Shown piece after piece: positions 23,726 to 32,000 of a stretch of DNA of 32,000 nucleotides (position 1 is its first letter; the number at the start of each line of letters is the position of its first letter). The notes below the pieces were generated by a model. That model was given only the letters and a program-made list of their open reading frames with translations, did no database searches and was not told the origin of the DNA. The stretch covers positions 3,660,001 through 3,692,000 of the forward strand of contig NZ_CP147990.1 of NCBI RefSeq assembly GCF_037902255.1, read 5' to 3'. The position numbers were made by a program, and so were the translations under genes. This stretch comes from Candidatus Electrothrix sp. GW3-4 (lineage in GTDB: Bacteria; Desulfobacterota; Desulfobulbia; Desulfobulbales; Desulfobulbaceae).

Positions 23726-24463
23726 TTACTGGCCCTGTTGACCTTTTTTTCTTCGTACAAAGCTGTACAGTTCCAAAAACAAACCCGAGAGAGCATACAA
23801 TAATGTCGTGACAAACAGGGTAACAGGAGGCTCGGTCGCTAACAAGGTCAAAACCAGAATCATCCCAACAACGGCCTGAAAACGTTTTTCCCGGGGAATC
23901 TTATTTTTTTTGAAGCTCAGATAACGATGGGCTGAGATCATCAGGTAGGAGAGCAGATAGACCAATAAGAGGATGGAAAAATGCTTCACCGTATCTGTGG
24001 TCCCTAAATAGCGAAAGAACATGACCATGGTCGCAATAGCGCCAGCAGCTGCCGGGCAGGGTAAGCCGACAAAATCATGATTGGTATTGTCCGGGTCCTC
24101 GGCCATAGAGTTAAAACGAGCTAAGCGCAAAGCCGTAGTGGCGACATACAGGAAAGCAGCCAACCAGCCGTAACGCCCGTAGGGAATCAAGGCCCAGAGA
24201 TAGGCGAGCAAGGCAGGGGCAACCCCAAAGGAGACCAGGTCACACAGCGAATCCAGCTGCATACCAAAGCGCGAGGTGGAATCCGTTAAGCGGGCAACCC
24301 TCCCGTCCAGCCCGTCAAAAACTCCTGCCACCAGGATCGCCACTGCCGCTGGATAAAAATCTCCATTAATTGAAGCAATGATAGAGTAAAAGCCGCTGAA
24401 CAGACTGGTGCAGGTCAGCATGCTGGGAAGGGCATAAAATCGATTGGATCGCGGTCGTTCCAT
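23726..24463 (-). CDS. pssA: CDP-diacylglycerol--serine O-phosphatidyltransferase (CDP-alcohol phosphatidyltransferase family)
   Basis: The complete motif D-G-x2-A-R-x8-G-x3-D-x3-D is present in FDGLDGRVARLTDSTSRFGMQLDSLCDLVSFG. It is a polytopic membrane protein. I place the start at ATG 24463 (MERPRSNRF..); the track ORF extends to 24499. Confidence 0.85.
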   Translation of the reverse strand: MERPRSNRFYALPSMLTCTSLFSGFYSIIASINGDFYPAAVAILVAGVFDGLDGRVARLTDSTSRFGMQLDSLCDLVSFGVAPALLAYLWALIPYGRYGWLAAFLYVATTALRLARFNSMAEDPDNTNHDFVGLPCPAAAGAIATMVMFFRYLGTTDTVKHFSILLLVYLLSYLMISAHRYLSFKKNKIPREKRFQAVVGMILVLTLLATEPPVTLFVTTLLYALSGLFLELYSFVRRKKGQQGQ

Positions 24464-24736
24464 AGTCTGTGAAAAAAACGTGGTTACAGTTATCAGCATT
24501 ATGCTCAGAGCGCCACCCTGAGCTGATCTTATTTAATCCTTTCAGGGGCATAATCGAGGTGCCGGTCTGAAAAAGACAGAATATATACCGCCCAGGAGAC
24601 GGCCCGGATGAACATAGCCCGATATTGTAACATCAGGCAGGAAAAAAAATCACTTCATTCCGGTGCTGAGTATATGTTTACAGACCAACAGACCGGAAGA
24701 AATTTCCCCCTCAAAAAAGGTATCGTGACAAGGGTC

Positions 24737-25783
24737 CTATTTTTTCTTCAGCCGTTCTGCCAACTCACTAACAGCCATTCCATAAAAGAGTGAATGGTTA
24801 TATTCCGTAATAGTGTGAAAATTGGGGTAGCCAGCAACATAGCGATAGGCATGCCTGGCTGTTTTCGGATCAAGTTCCAGGCCAATAATGGAAAGAGGCC
24901 GCTTTCCCGGTGAGGGGGGAAGGTCCTTTTTCTGGACTGCCCGGACGAGCTCCCAAGGGATCCGCCCCTTTCTTCCTTCCTCCATTACCGCCCGCAGGCG
25001 CTTATCCATCAGGGTATTGCCCAACTCCACATAGATCGGTGTCCCCTGCTCCCAGCCGTGCTGTTTCAGATAATTGGCAATGGAGGCCAGGGCATCTGGT
25101 ACGGAGCTCCAGAGGTCGCATTGCTCATTGCCATCAAAACTGACCGCAAAACGACGAAAAGAAGAGGGCATGAACTGGGCCTGCCCAAAGGCACCTGCAT
25201 AGGAACCTTTGGCTGTTCGCGGATCAATGCCGTGCTCCCGACAGAGGACAAGAAACTGAATCAGCTCGCCGCGAAAAAATTCCGCCCGCCTGGGATAGGC
25301 GTCAAACAAGGTATTCAGGGTCTGAAGGATATAAAACCCTCCCTGGTTGGAGCCATAGCGAGTCTCTATGCCCCAGATGGCCACGACGATCTCCCGCTTC
25401 ACTCCGAATTGCCTCTCTATTCGGCCCAACAGCTTGTTATATTGCCGGAGTTTTTTCCTGCCGGTCTGGATAGTTTTCGGCGTAAGAAAACGGGAAAAGT
25501 ATTCGTAGTAAGGAGTCCGTTTCCACTGCTTGTCCATCAGCTCAAGCACTCGTTTGGAGATCTCCTGGCCCTGAAAGGTTTGCTTCAGTTCGGCAGGCGA
25601 AAACTGATATTTCTGCTCAAGCTCCAGAAAGAGCTTCCTGTACTTTTCCTGTTGCAGGTTGATGGGCTGCCCATCCTCAACGAGAATGACCGGCGTCGGT
25701 TTTGCCTCAGCTGCTGTTGCAAAGAGGAACAGAAGGAACACAACAAAAGAAGAAAGGACTGAAGGACTACAACGAAATATCAT
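24737..25783 (-). CDS. mltB: Lytic murein transglycosylase (MltB/SLT_2-like), secreted
   Basis: WGIETRYG provides the catalytic Glu context, and GAFGQAQFMPSSF is present. The signal peptide is MIFRCSPSVLSSFVVFLLFLFATAAEA. The start is ambiguous: ATG 25783 (preferred) or TTG 25819, which would overlap the upstream gene's stop. Confidence 0.8.
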   Translation of the reverse strand: MIFRCSPSVLSSFVVFLLFLFATAAEAKPTPVILVEDGQPINLQQEKYRKLFLELEQKYQFSPAELKQTFQGQEISKRVLELMDKQWKRTPYYEYFSRFLTPKTIQTGRKKLRQYNKLLGRIERQFGVKREIVVAIWGIETRYGSNQGGFYILQTLNTLFDAYPRRAEFFRGELIQFLVLCREHGIDPRTAKGSYAGAFGQAQFMPSSFRRFAVSFDGNEQCDLWSSVPDALASIANYLKQHGWEQGTPIYVELGNTLMDKRLRAVMEEGRKGRIPWELVRAVQKKDLPPSPGKRPLSIIGLELDPKTARHAYRYVAGYPNFHTITEYNHSLFYGMAVSELAERLKKK

Positions 25784-25815
25784 AATAAATGAATAAGGAT
25801 GGAGAGAGGGTTTGA

Positions 25816-26790
25816 TCAAACAGGATCAGACGAGCGGAACTGTGCGCTGAAGGCCCCTATAAACGTATCAAGCTGCTCTGGGGGCAGGGCATTGACACCA
25901 GCTGCTGCGGCCCGCCCGCCACCACTGGGAAACTGACGGCAAAGGACATCTGCCCCGTTACGGTTGCTCAAAGGCGCACGCACGCTGATCCGCAAAGATT
26001 TATCAGCGTTCTCTGTTAAAAGGGCGTGGGCAAGTTCAGGCTTCTGTCGAGCCAAGGTATTGGAATAAACACCAGCCACCCTGCGGGCCCAAGGCTCAGC
26101 AGGCAACTGATAGACTCGTCCTGAGTTATCCTGATGCATAGGATCGTAAGACAAGGCCTGCTCCATATCACCTTGATAGCCCTCCTTCAGGGTCTGTAAT
26201 GCGGGGGCCTCTGCATAAAAGGCCAGCGGATCAGGATAGGGTTGCACCTGACGGAACAGTTCAACCGGATGAAAAAAGAGATCCTCCAGGCTTGCCCCGT
26301 AACCGTTATAGTTGAGGAGGATTCCTGTCTCTTTGAGTAAGCCAAGGGAGGCCTGCTCAACCCCGATTTCCTGGGCGAGCTGTGCAGCGGATTCATCAAG
26401 ATTATCGCCAAAGGCGCCAACAATGGCCCAGAGGACATATTTTCCTGCAAGGAGCTGATTGATGATCAACGAGGTGCAGGTCAGGGGCTGGGGGTCAATA
26501 TGGGCGATGAGATGCTCAGAAGCCGGGAGCTCTCCGGCATAATGATGATCGGCATAGAACACCCTATTGCCACCTGCCAAGATCTTTTCCAGGCTTTCCC
26601 TGTTTCGATCAAGGGAGATATCCAGGACCGTGAGCGCTGTCTCGCGCACCGTGCTCACCTGTTCAAGCAGGACAATATCCCGTTTCACCCCACTGAGCAG
26701 TTGGCCGTCAGGGCGGGGCTCATGCAGGCGCAACTGATGAAGGGCACAGATCCCATCGGCATCGCCGTTAAACACATCAATATATTTCAT
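25816..26790 (-). CDS. DHH-family phosphoesterase-like protein
   Basis: The N-terminal FNGDADGICAL (DHH motifs I/II region), FYADHHYAG (DHH motif) and C-terminal GGGRAAAAG (DHHA1-like GGGH-type loop) are present. The substrate cannot be inferred. Confidence 0.65.
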   Translation of the reverse strand: MKYIDVFNGDADGICALHQLRLHEPRPDGQLLSGVKRDIVLLEQVSTVRETALTVLDISLDRNRESLEKILAGGNRVFYADHHYAGELPASEHLIAHIDPQPLTCTSLIINQLLAGKYVLWAIVGAFGDNLDESAAQLAQEIGVEQASLGLLKETGILLNYNGYGASLEDLFFHPVELFRQVQPYPDPLAFYAEAPALQTLKEGYQGDMEQALSYDPMHQDNSGRVYQLPAEPWARRVAGVYSNTLARQKPELAHALLTENADKSLRISVRAPLSNRNGADVLCRQFPSGGGRAAAAGVNALPPEQLDTFIGAFSAQFRSSDPV

Positions 26791-26808
26791 AAAATCGTTT
26801 GCAAGTCC

Positions 26809-29286
26809 CTATTCGTCACTGCTTGTCATGAGGTCAACGCCAAAGGGGCTACCGATATTCGCCAATTTGAACAGGACCATCACCTGCTCATTATCCGGGG
26901 TAACATCGGCCACCACTTCCACTGACCAACAGGAAGGATTGTAACTCAAACTGATCTTCTCAGCTATCGTCACAGAATCCTCAATAGATCGTTCCAAAGC
27001 GTAGCCAGCTGCGAAGTCATAGATCAGCCCGACCTGGGCAAACAGCCGAATTGAGCTGGTGTCTTCCACCTCATCAGTGGCACCGGCCTGAAAGAGGTAG
27101 TCAAAAGAAAGCAGATCACCCCGATCATTGCGGTAATCACTCTCAACTATATGCTGCGTAAAACCATCATCATAGACATCAATATCCGTGGAGTACTTGA
27201 AGTTCATGTTCTGCCAAGGGGTCCAGGAAAGACGGAGCTGGACATCTGAAAGAGGCTCATCAGAGGCCTCGCTGCGAAGATCATAGTTCTGTTGCAGTTT
27301 GATATATCCGTAGTCCCGTTCAGACGCTCCATCACCTCCCATCCCGGAGACCGTGAAAAAGTTATTCACACCGTAGGTAACCTGATTCTGGTCACCAACG
27401 GTGTCAACAGAATCAAATTGCGGCAGAGTATCCTCATCTGGTTCTGTGACATAGGTATAACGGACAAAGGGCCGCAGGGTATGGCTCCATGCTGATACCT
27501 CCTTACCATTAACCGCAAAATCCCTGCGCAAGGTCGTTGCGACCTCTCCGTTCACATCAGCAAGAAAACGATTTTCGCTATCACTGTCCTGCCATTCTTC
27601 AACCCCGTTATCATCAATCGCATACATGGTATCTCTGATCCCAACACCAACCGTGGTCTCAAGATACTCACTCAGCATGGGCAGGGCCGTCTTTAATTTA
27701 GGGTAAAGGTCGATCCTTTGCGCTTGCACGCCAGAATCACGTTTATAATAGACGTAATTCGCGTCCCAGGAAAAATCCACGTCCGTGTCATACAAGGGAA
27801 CCAAGCCACTGTATTTCACCTCAGGGAATTTCCACAATGCTGTGGAACCAGCCCCATCACTATATTCCTGCACATCGTCAATACCCTTCAGAGTCGCCTC
27901 CAGGGAGGTACCGTTCGACCAGGAGCGCAGCGTGGTCAGCTTGTTTTCCCGCTGATAGGTGTTCCGATCCTGGAGTCCGCGCCCGAATTGATCAGAGAGC
28001 CGTTTATCACTCACAGAATAGCCGGTAAAACCATTGGAGAATTCGTTGAGATAGTCCTGATCAGAGACAAGGTCGATATCAAGCCGAGTTGTCCAGCCCC
28101 CGAACTTCTGGTCCGCCTTTCCCCGGATCCAGTAGCGATTCTGATTGGTATGTGTGTACCCGCCTTCAGCGTAATACTCCGCGTTGTCGGGATTCTCTCT
28201 ATCACTGAGATCGTCATTGAGGAAATTCGCCATCATGGTTCCTCTCGATTCCTGATCCAACATATAACGCGCTTCCGCGCCAGCCATGAAGCCCCGCTCG
28301 GCAAGATAATGGGGATAGAGCGTGATGTCGCTGCTTGGAGACAGGTTGATAAAAAGCGGCCATTCCAGACTAAACCCGTCCCGATCGGACAGGGAGACAG
28401 AGGGAAAGAGAAAACCTGTCTGGCGGTTGCGCTTGGCAGGCAACACCATGATGGGGGAATAGAGAATGGGCACATCTTTGATCCGGAAGGTGGCATGTTT
28501 CAGAAAGGCATAGCCGCCGTCCGTGATCTCGGCGTCAGCGGCATTGAAACTCCACGGTGGGGGCTCCCCGTCCTTCAGCTTGCAGGTCACCAGCCAGCCG
28601 TCTTCAATATGATAGGTCAACTCACCGGTCTTCTCAATAACCCGGCCCTCAACACGCATATCCTTATACTGACGGATAATGGTTGCATCGGTAAAGGAGG
28701 CGGTTTCCCTGGTCAGATGGACAACGCCCTCACTGGCGCTCAACTGATCCGGGCCAATATCAATCAACACGTTACCACGCAGCTTGACCGTTCCCAGGTC
28801 CATATCGTAGACCATCCAATCGGCCTTGATCGTACTGATAACAGCAGAGCTGACCACCTCTTCCTCTTCCTCGTCTTCCGTCGCTCCCTCAGCAAGTTCC
28901 TCCCCGGAATCTGCTTCCTGTAAGGCAGGGGCCTTTTTGGGGGCTATCAAGGTCGCCTCACCACCTTCTTCCAGGGCGACATCGTCGTCTTTGGCTGTGG
29001 CGCTCTTATCTGCTGGCGATGCATCCTCACCAAGAAGGTCGCTCCAGTCTTTTTTATCCTGTTTTTTTTGCGCGCCACTGCTTATATTTTCTTTTTTTTG
29101 CAGGACAACATTACCTTCCGCGATCACACTGGCAGGATCTTCAAATCTCGTCAGTTTATCCGCAGTGATTTCCCACTGCATTGCACTTATGGCCTCTGCA
29201 CTGACATCTGCCGGATTGAACATACAGAATACGCCCAGAAAACAAGCAACCGTTATAAAGGGGAAAAAGGGGGTTCGGTAATGCAC
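26809..29286 (-). CDS. lptD: LPS-assembly outer-membrane protein LptD, with an acidic insertion in the N-terminal OstA-like domain
   Basis: This is an 825-aa protein with a signal peptide (..FNPADVSAEA). An OstA-like N-terminal region is present (ITADKLTRFED...AEGNVVLQK ... KADWMVYDMDLGTVKLRGNVLI). The C-terminal region is large, aromatic-rich and beta-barrel-like, typical of LptD (..YLAERGF..GAEARY.., ..SLSYNPSCWSV..). Confidence 0.85.
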   Translation of the reverse strand: MHYRTPFFPFITVACFLGVFCMFNPADVSAEAISAMQWEITADKLTRFEDPASVIAEGNVVLQKKENISSGAQKKQDKKDWSDLLGEDASPADKSATAKDDDVALEEGGEATLIAPKKAPALQEADSGEELAEGATEDEEEEEVVSSAVISTIKADWMVYDMDLGTVKLRGNVLIDIGPDQLSASEGVVHLTRETASFTDATIIRQYKDMRVEGRVIEKTGELTYHIEDGWLVTCKLKDGEPPPWSFNAADAEITDGGYAFLKHATFRIKDVPILYSPIMVLPAKRNRQTGFLFPSVSLSDRDGFSLEWPLFINLSPSSDITLYPHYLAERGFMAGAEARYMLDQESRGTMMANFLNDDLSDRENPDNAEYYAEGGYTHTNQNRYWIRGKADQKFGGWTTRLDIDLVSDQDYLNEFSNGFTGYSVSDKRLSDQFGRGLQDRNTYQRENKLTTLRSWSNGTSLEATLKGIDDVQEYSDGAGSTALWKFPEVKYSGLVPLYDTDVDFSWDANYVYYKRDSGVQAQRIDLYPKLKTALPMLSEYLETTVGVGIRDTMYAIDDNGVEEWQDSDSENRFLADVNGEVATTLRRDFAVNGKEVSAWSHTLRPFVRYTYVTEPDEDTLPQFDSVDTVGDQNQVTYGVNNFFTVSGMGGDGASERDYGYIKLQQNYDLRSEASDEPLSDVQLRLSWTPWQNMNFKYSTDIDVYDDGFTQHIVESDYRNDRGDLLSFDYLFQAGATDEVEDTSSIRLFAQVGLIYDFAAGYALERSIEDSVTIAEKISLSYNPSCWSVEVVADVTPDNEQVMVLFKLANIGSPFGVDLMTSSDE

Positions 29287-29549
29287 CTCGATACACTCCT
29301 ATAAATTTAGTCAAAAGAGGAAGAAATAATTATGAAAATTCAAGGCTGTCATCTACACGAATTTACGCTCCCCTCCTGCTTGTGTCAAGGAAAAAGGAGT
29401 ACGGGAACGCCAGGATAGCTGAAACGCCCTTCAGAGGCTCGAACAAAAAAAAGAGATAAATTGGCCTTGCTAAAATCAATAAATTGTTTTATGACGAACG
29501 GTTATATTATACATATTTTAAGATAATATGCGGGCATTGTATTCCGATC

Positions 29550-29579
29550 TTGTCTTTTCGGTTGTTCCGGGAGTATAAT
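29550..29579 (+). promoter_or_regulatory. Candidate sigma70-type promoter for the radical-SAM gene (-35 TTGTCT, 18-nt spacer, -10 TATAAT)
   Basis: TTGTCT lies at 29550-29555 and a perfect TATAAT at 29574-29579, 51 nt upstream of ATG 29630. This is a pattern match only. Confidence 0.25.
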
Positions 29580-29629
29580 ACCTCATTAATATGATGTCTG
29601 ATGGCATCTGATGCGCCCATATTTTTTCT

Positions 29630-30619
29630 ATGAATCATATCTTTGGCCCGGTAAATTCCCGGCGACTCGGACGCTCTCTCGGAGTGGATCTTTTTCAGGA
29701 TAAAATCTGCACCCTCAACTGCATATACTGCGAAGTCGGCCCCACAGTTCATCTGACCTGTGAACGAGCAGAATACGCCCCGACTCAGGACATCAAGGCA
29801 GAAATCGACGTCTACTGCCAGGACCAGGAGCGCCTTGCCGAGCTGGACTTCATCACAGTGACGGCCAGCGGTGAGCCCACCCTGCATGCCCATTTTGGGG
29901 AGATTATCACGCATCTAAAAAAAACCTCAGCAAAACCGATAGCCGTGTTGACCAACGGAACAACCCTCACCGATCCCCAGGTTCGCCAGGAGCTTTGCCT
30001 GGCCGACGTGGCGATTCCTTCACTGGACTCGGCCCTGCCAATAGGCTTCAGAAGGATTGACCGGCCGGCCCCCTGCGTTGATCTGGACCTGGTCATTGAG
30101 GGCCTCATTACCTTCTCCCATCAATATGACGGAAAGATATGGCTGGAGATCCTCTTTGCTGAGGGCATCAACGACTCTGCCGAGGAAGTTGCGGCTCTCC
30201 GGCAAGCGGTCAATCGGATGCGGCTTGACCGCATCCAGCTGAACACGGTTGCCCGCCCCCCCCTGGAATCCTTTGCCCACCCGCTCAACAAACAAGGCAT
30301 GGCAGCGATTGCACAGCAATTCCAGCAAGACAACCCCTTGCGCCCTGTCGACCTACTGGCCTTTAAAGCGAGCCAGGACGACGAGGCCGAAGACCCAAAA
30401 AAGTTTTTTTTCAACCTTGATCGTGCAGCCGATAAACAGGCCTTCACGGTTGAGCTTGTCGATATGTTAAAACGACGGCCATGTACGGCCGCTGATATCA
30501 ACCGCACCTTTCATCTGGGAGGGGCGGAAAAGGTTGAGCTGCTGCTTGACACCCTTGTGCAGAACGGTCGCATACAAAAACGAGTCTATGGAGATACGGT
30601 CTATTATCAATATCAATAG
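29630..30619 (+). CDS. Radical SAM protein (COG0731-like 'FGPV.SRRLG' family) with a C-terminal winged-helix-like tail
   Basis: The N-terminus MNHIFGPVNSRRLGRSLGVDLFQDKICTLNCIYCEVG has the C-x3-C-x2-C motif in the characteristic context of this family. The TASGEPTL glycine-rich SAM motif is also present. Confidence 0.8.
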   Translation: MNHIFGPVNSRRLGRSLGVDLFQDKICTLNCIYCEVGPTVHLTCERAEYAPTQDIKAEIDVYCQDQERLAELDFITVTASGEPTLHAHFGEIITHLKKTSAKPIAVLTNGTTLTDPQVRQELCLADVAIPSLDSALPIGFRRIDRPAPCVDLDLVIEGLITFSHQYDGKIWLEILFAEGINDSAEEVAALRQAVNRMRLDRIQLNTVARPPLESFAHPLNKQGMAAIAQQFQQDNPLRPVDLLAFKASQDDEAEDPKKFFFNLDRAADKQAFTVELVDMLKRRPCTAADINRTFHLGGAEKVELLLDTLVQNGRIQKRVYGDTVYYQYQ

Positions 30620-30706
30620 ACCATCTCTCCATATGTCCGTTCCACAAGGTGCTGCACCCAAAAGCAGGGGCTTATATTGTTTATTTAAAAGCAGGAATAG
30701 AGCACT

Positions 30707-32000
30707 ATGACCAATGAGACAGAACAAGAGATCAAAAAACAGGAAACCCAAAAAATACGCAAGGTAAGCACCGGGGCCTGGTGGAAGAGCTTTAAGAAAA
30801 AAAAGGTCGAGAAAAACAGTCGGGCCAACGAACAGGCTCAAGAGGTGAAAGCAAAACCGGGAGCGCCCGAGAAAACGCAGCCCGCTGAGCCTGAGCAGAT
30901 CAAGCCTGCCCCCCCCAAATCCCAGAACAAGGCCAACCGCAAGCCCAAACGCCCGACCAAGCAGACATCAGCCAAAACAGCGCAACAAGCCCCTCCGGCA
31001 GAGCAGCCTGTAAAGGAAGCACAGGAAACCACACCGGAACAAGCCGAGACCACCGGAGTCCAGGAGGAAAAGAAAAGACCCTCGCGCAGGCCCCGGAGGC
31101 GAGGCAAGAAACCCGCTGCTGCGCAACAATCTGTAAAGGAAGAAAACAAGCAAGAAGCTCAAGAACAGGCCAAGGACCAAGGAGAGGCGCAAAAGGAGCT
31201 CCAGGAAACCAGGACGAAAAACACGCCCTCGAAGGCAAACAAGGCAAACCGCAACAAACAGGCCCCTGCGCAAAAGGCAAAAAACGCCCCAAGCAAGCAG
31301 GAAAAGGCGGACAGCATTGAAGAAGAAAGCGAGCAGAACCAGCAAAAAAAACAAAAGGTCCGCCTGCTGATCAATGCAGAGGAGCCCGAAGAATGCCGGA
31401 TTGCCCTGGTGGAAGACGGTCGCCTGGAGTCCTTTCACGTCAACACGGTGGTGCGCGAGCGGACCAAGAATAATATCTATAAGGGCCGTATTGTCTCTAT
31501 TGAGGCCAATCTCCAGGCCGCCTTTGTGGAAATCGGCACTGGCCGCAACGGCTTCCTGCCCTTTAACGATATCCACCCGGAATATTATCGGCAGGATATC
31601 AGCGAACAGAGCCGTCAGCTGATCAATCAGCAGCAGTGGAAAAAGCTCAAGATCGAAGATGTGATCAAGCGGGGCCAGGAGGTCCTGGTCCAGGTGGTCA
31701 AAGAGGTCACGGGCAATAAGGGCGCCAATATGACGACCTATCTCTCCCTGCCCGGACGTTGCCTGGTCCTTATGCCGGGCAGTGACAGCGCGGGCATCTC
31801 CCGCAAGATCTCCGGGGAACAGCGGCGGAGTCGGTTGCGCGAGATCATGTCCGACTTCAACATCCCTGAGGGCGTGGGCTATATTGTCCGCACAGCCAGT
31901 GCAGAAATCACCAAGACCGCCCTGCAACAGGATCTGCACTACCTCACCGGCCTGTGGACGGAGATCAAAAAACGTGGTCAGACCATGCCAGCCCCGGCCC
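30707..32000 (+). CDS. rne: Ribonuclease E/G family endoribonuclease (RNase E); 3' end beyond the window, with a 219-aa disordered N-terminal extension
   Basis: My own translation (frame of nt 30707, open to the window end) reads, from 31364, LLINAEEPEECRIALVEDGRLESFHV...NIYKGRIVSIEANLQAAFVEIGTGRNGFLPFNDIHPEYY...GANMTTYLSLPGRCLVLMPG..GISRKI. This is colinear with the S1 / 5'-sensor / RNase H-like N-terminal catalytic region of E. coli RNase E ([46 protein letters not shown]). ATG 30707 is preceded by AGGA (30693-30696). It is absent from the ORF track because no stop lies in the window. Confidence 0.85.
   Translation, partial: MTNETEQEIKKQETQKIRKVSTGAWWKSFKKKKVEKNSRANEQAQEVKAKPGAPEKTQPAEPEQIKPAPPKSQNKANRKPKRPTKQTSAKTAQQAPPAEQPVKEAQETTPEQAETTGVQEEKKRPSRRPRRRGKKPAAAQQSVKEENKQEAQEQAKDQGEAQKELQETRTKNTPSKANKANRNKQAPAQKAKNAPSKQEKADSIEEESEQNQQKKQKVRLLINAEEPEECRIALVEDGRLESFHVNTVVRERTKNNIYKGRIVSIEANLQAAFVEIGTGRNGFLPFNDIHPEYYRQDISEQSRQLINQQQWKKLKIEDVIKRGQEVLVQVVKEVTGNKGANMTTYLSLPGRCLVLMPGSDSAGISRKISGEQRRSRLREIMSDFNIPEGVGYIVRTASAEITKTALQQDLHYLTGLWTEIKKRGQTMPAPA

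Noticed and set aside
24562-24696. 8-bp inverted repeat CCGGTCTG / CAGACCGG in the mltB-pssA intergenic region
   Set aside because: The arms are ~120 nt apart with no supporting secondary pairing and no T-tract. An 8-mer match at this distance is plausible by chance.
27718-28923. 401-aa plus-strand ORF inside lptD
   Set aside because: It is antisense to a well-supported LptD gene. The product has no recognisable domain and an odd composition, so I treat it as a shadow ORF.
30838-31939. Minus-strand ORFs (30968-31939, 323 aa; 30900-31292; 30838-31149) at the right end
   Set aside because: They overlap the plus-strand RNase E reading frame, which shows unmistakable S1 and catalytic-core similarity. 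The antisense products are low-complexity Leu/Phe/Arg/Gly strings.
1-32000. Scan for CRISPR arrays, IS elements, integrases, prophage genes, toxin-antitoxin pairs or known defence-system signatures
   Set aside because: I saw no regularly spaced direct repeats, no transposase, integrase or recombinase motifs, no terminal inverted repeats, and no nuclease/helicase/methylase gene sets. The window looks like chromosomal backbone with a few compositionally odd inserts, not a mobile or defence island.

Overview
This is a 32-kb chromosomal window from a Gram-negative bacterium (LptD, MltB-type transglycosylase, a lipobox lipoprotein, Tat signals). A Tat-exported superoxide-reductase-like protein, a hemerythrin-like protein and two radical-SAM enzymes (one B12-binding) suggest an anaerobic or microaerotolerant, deltaproteobacterium-like lineage; that is inference only. 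I support 26 protein-coding genes. Two are cut by the window edges and missing from the ORF track: a PqqD-like gene at 1-148 (-) and RNase E at 30707->32000 (+). I saw no rRNA, tRNA, CRISPR array, transposase/integrase or long DNA repeat. Layout: (1) 1-6417, a 2064-aa secreted repeat protein ending in a gingipain-type C25 peptidase domain, followed on the same strand by the PqqD-like gene. (2) 6.7-13.5 kb, an orphan REC-LuxR regulator, an ExeA/GspA-like ATPase fused to a TM segment, a long acidic linker and a SPOR-like domain, a divergent DUF4139 protein adjacent to a GT2 glycosyltransferase, and an OYE flavoenzyme. (3) 13.7-16 kb, small membrane proteins (YbaN, YedI/DUF808, DUF2304-like) around an A/T-rich orphan gene. 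(4) 16-22.5 kb, a redox/oxygen-related stretch: the Tat-signal SOR-like protein, a 637-aa anchored unknown, a B12-radical-SAM/DUF4080 enzyme, the hemerythrin-like protein, and a two-gene Rieske/cytochrome b module with a non-canonical Qo motif. (5) 22.5-29.3 kb, housekeeping genes on the minus strand (coaD, rsmD, pssA, mltB-like, DHH, lptD). (6) 29.6-32 kb, a radical-SAM gene and RNase E with a 219-aa N-terminal disordered extension. The best candidates for something undescribed are the minimal Rieske/cyt b module (GPWF instead of PEWY, no cytochrome c partner), the giant C25-tipped surface protein with its PqqD neighbour, the ExeA-SPOR / DUF4139-GT2 divergent pair, and the SOR-like protein lacking the canonical Glu-Lys. 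All family assignments come from motif recognition by eye and need HMM or structure confirmation.
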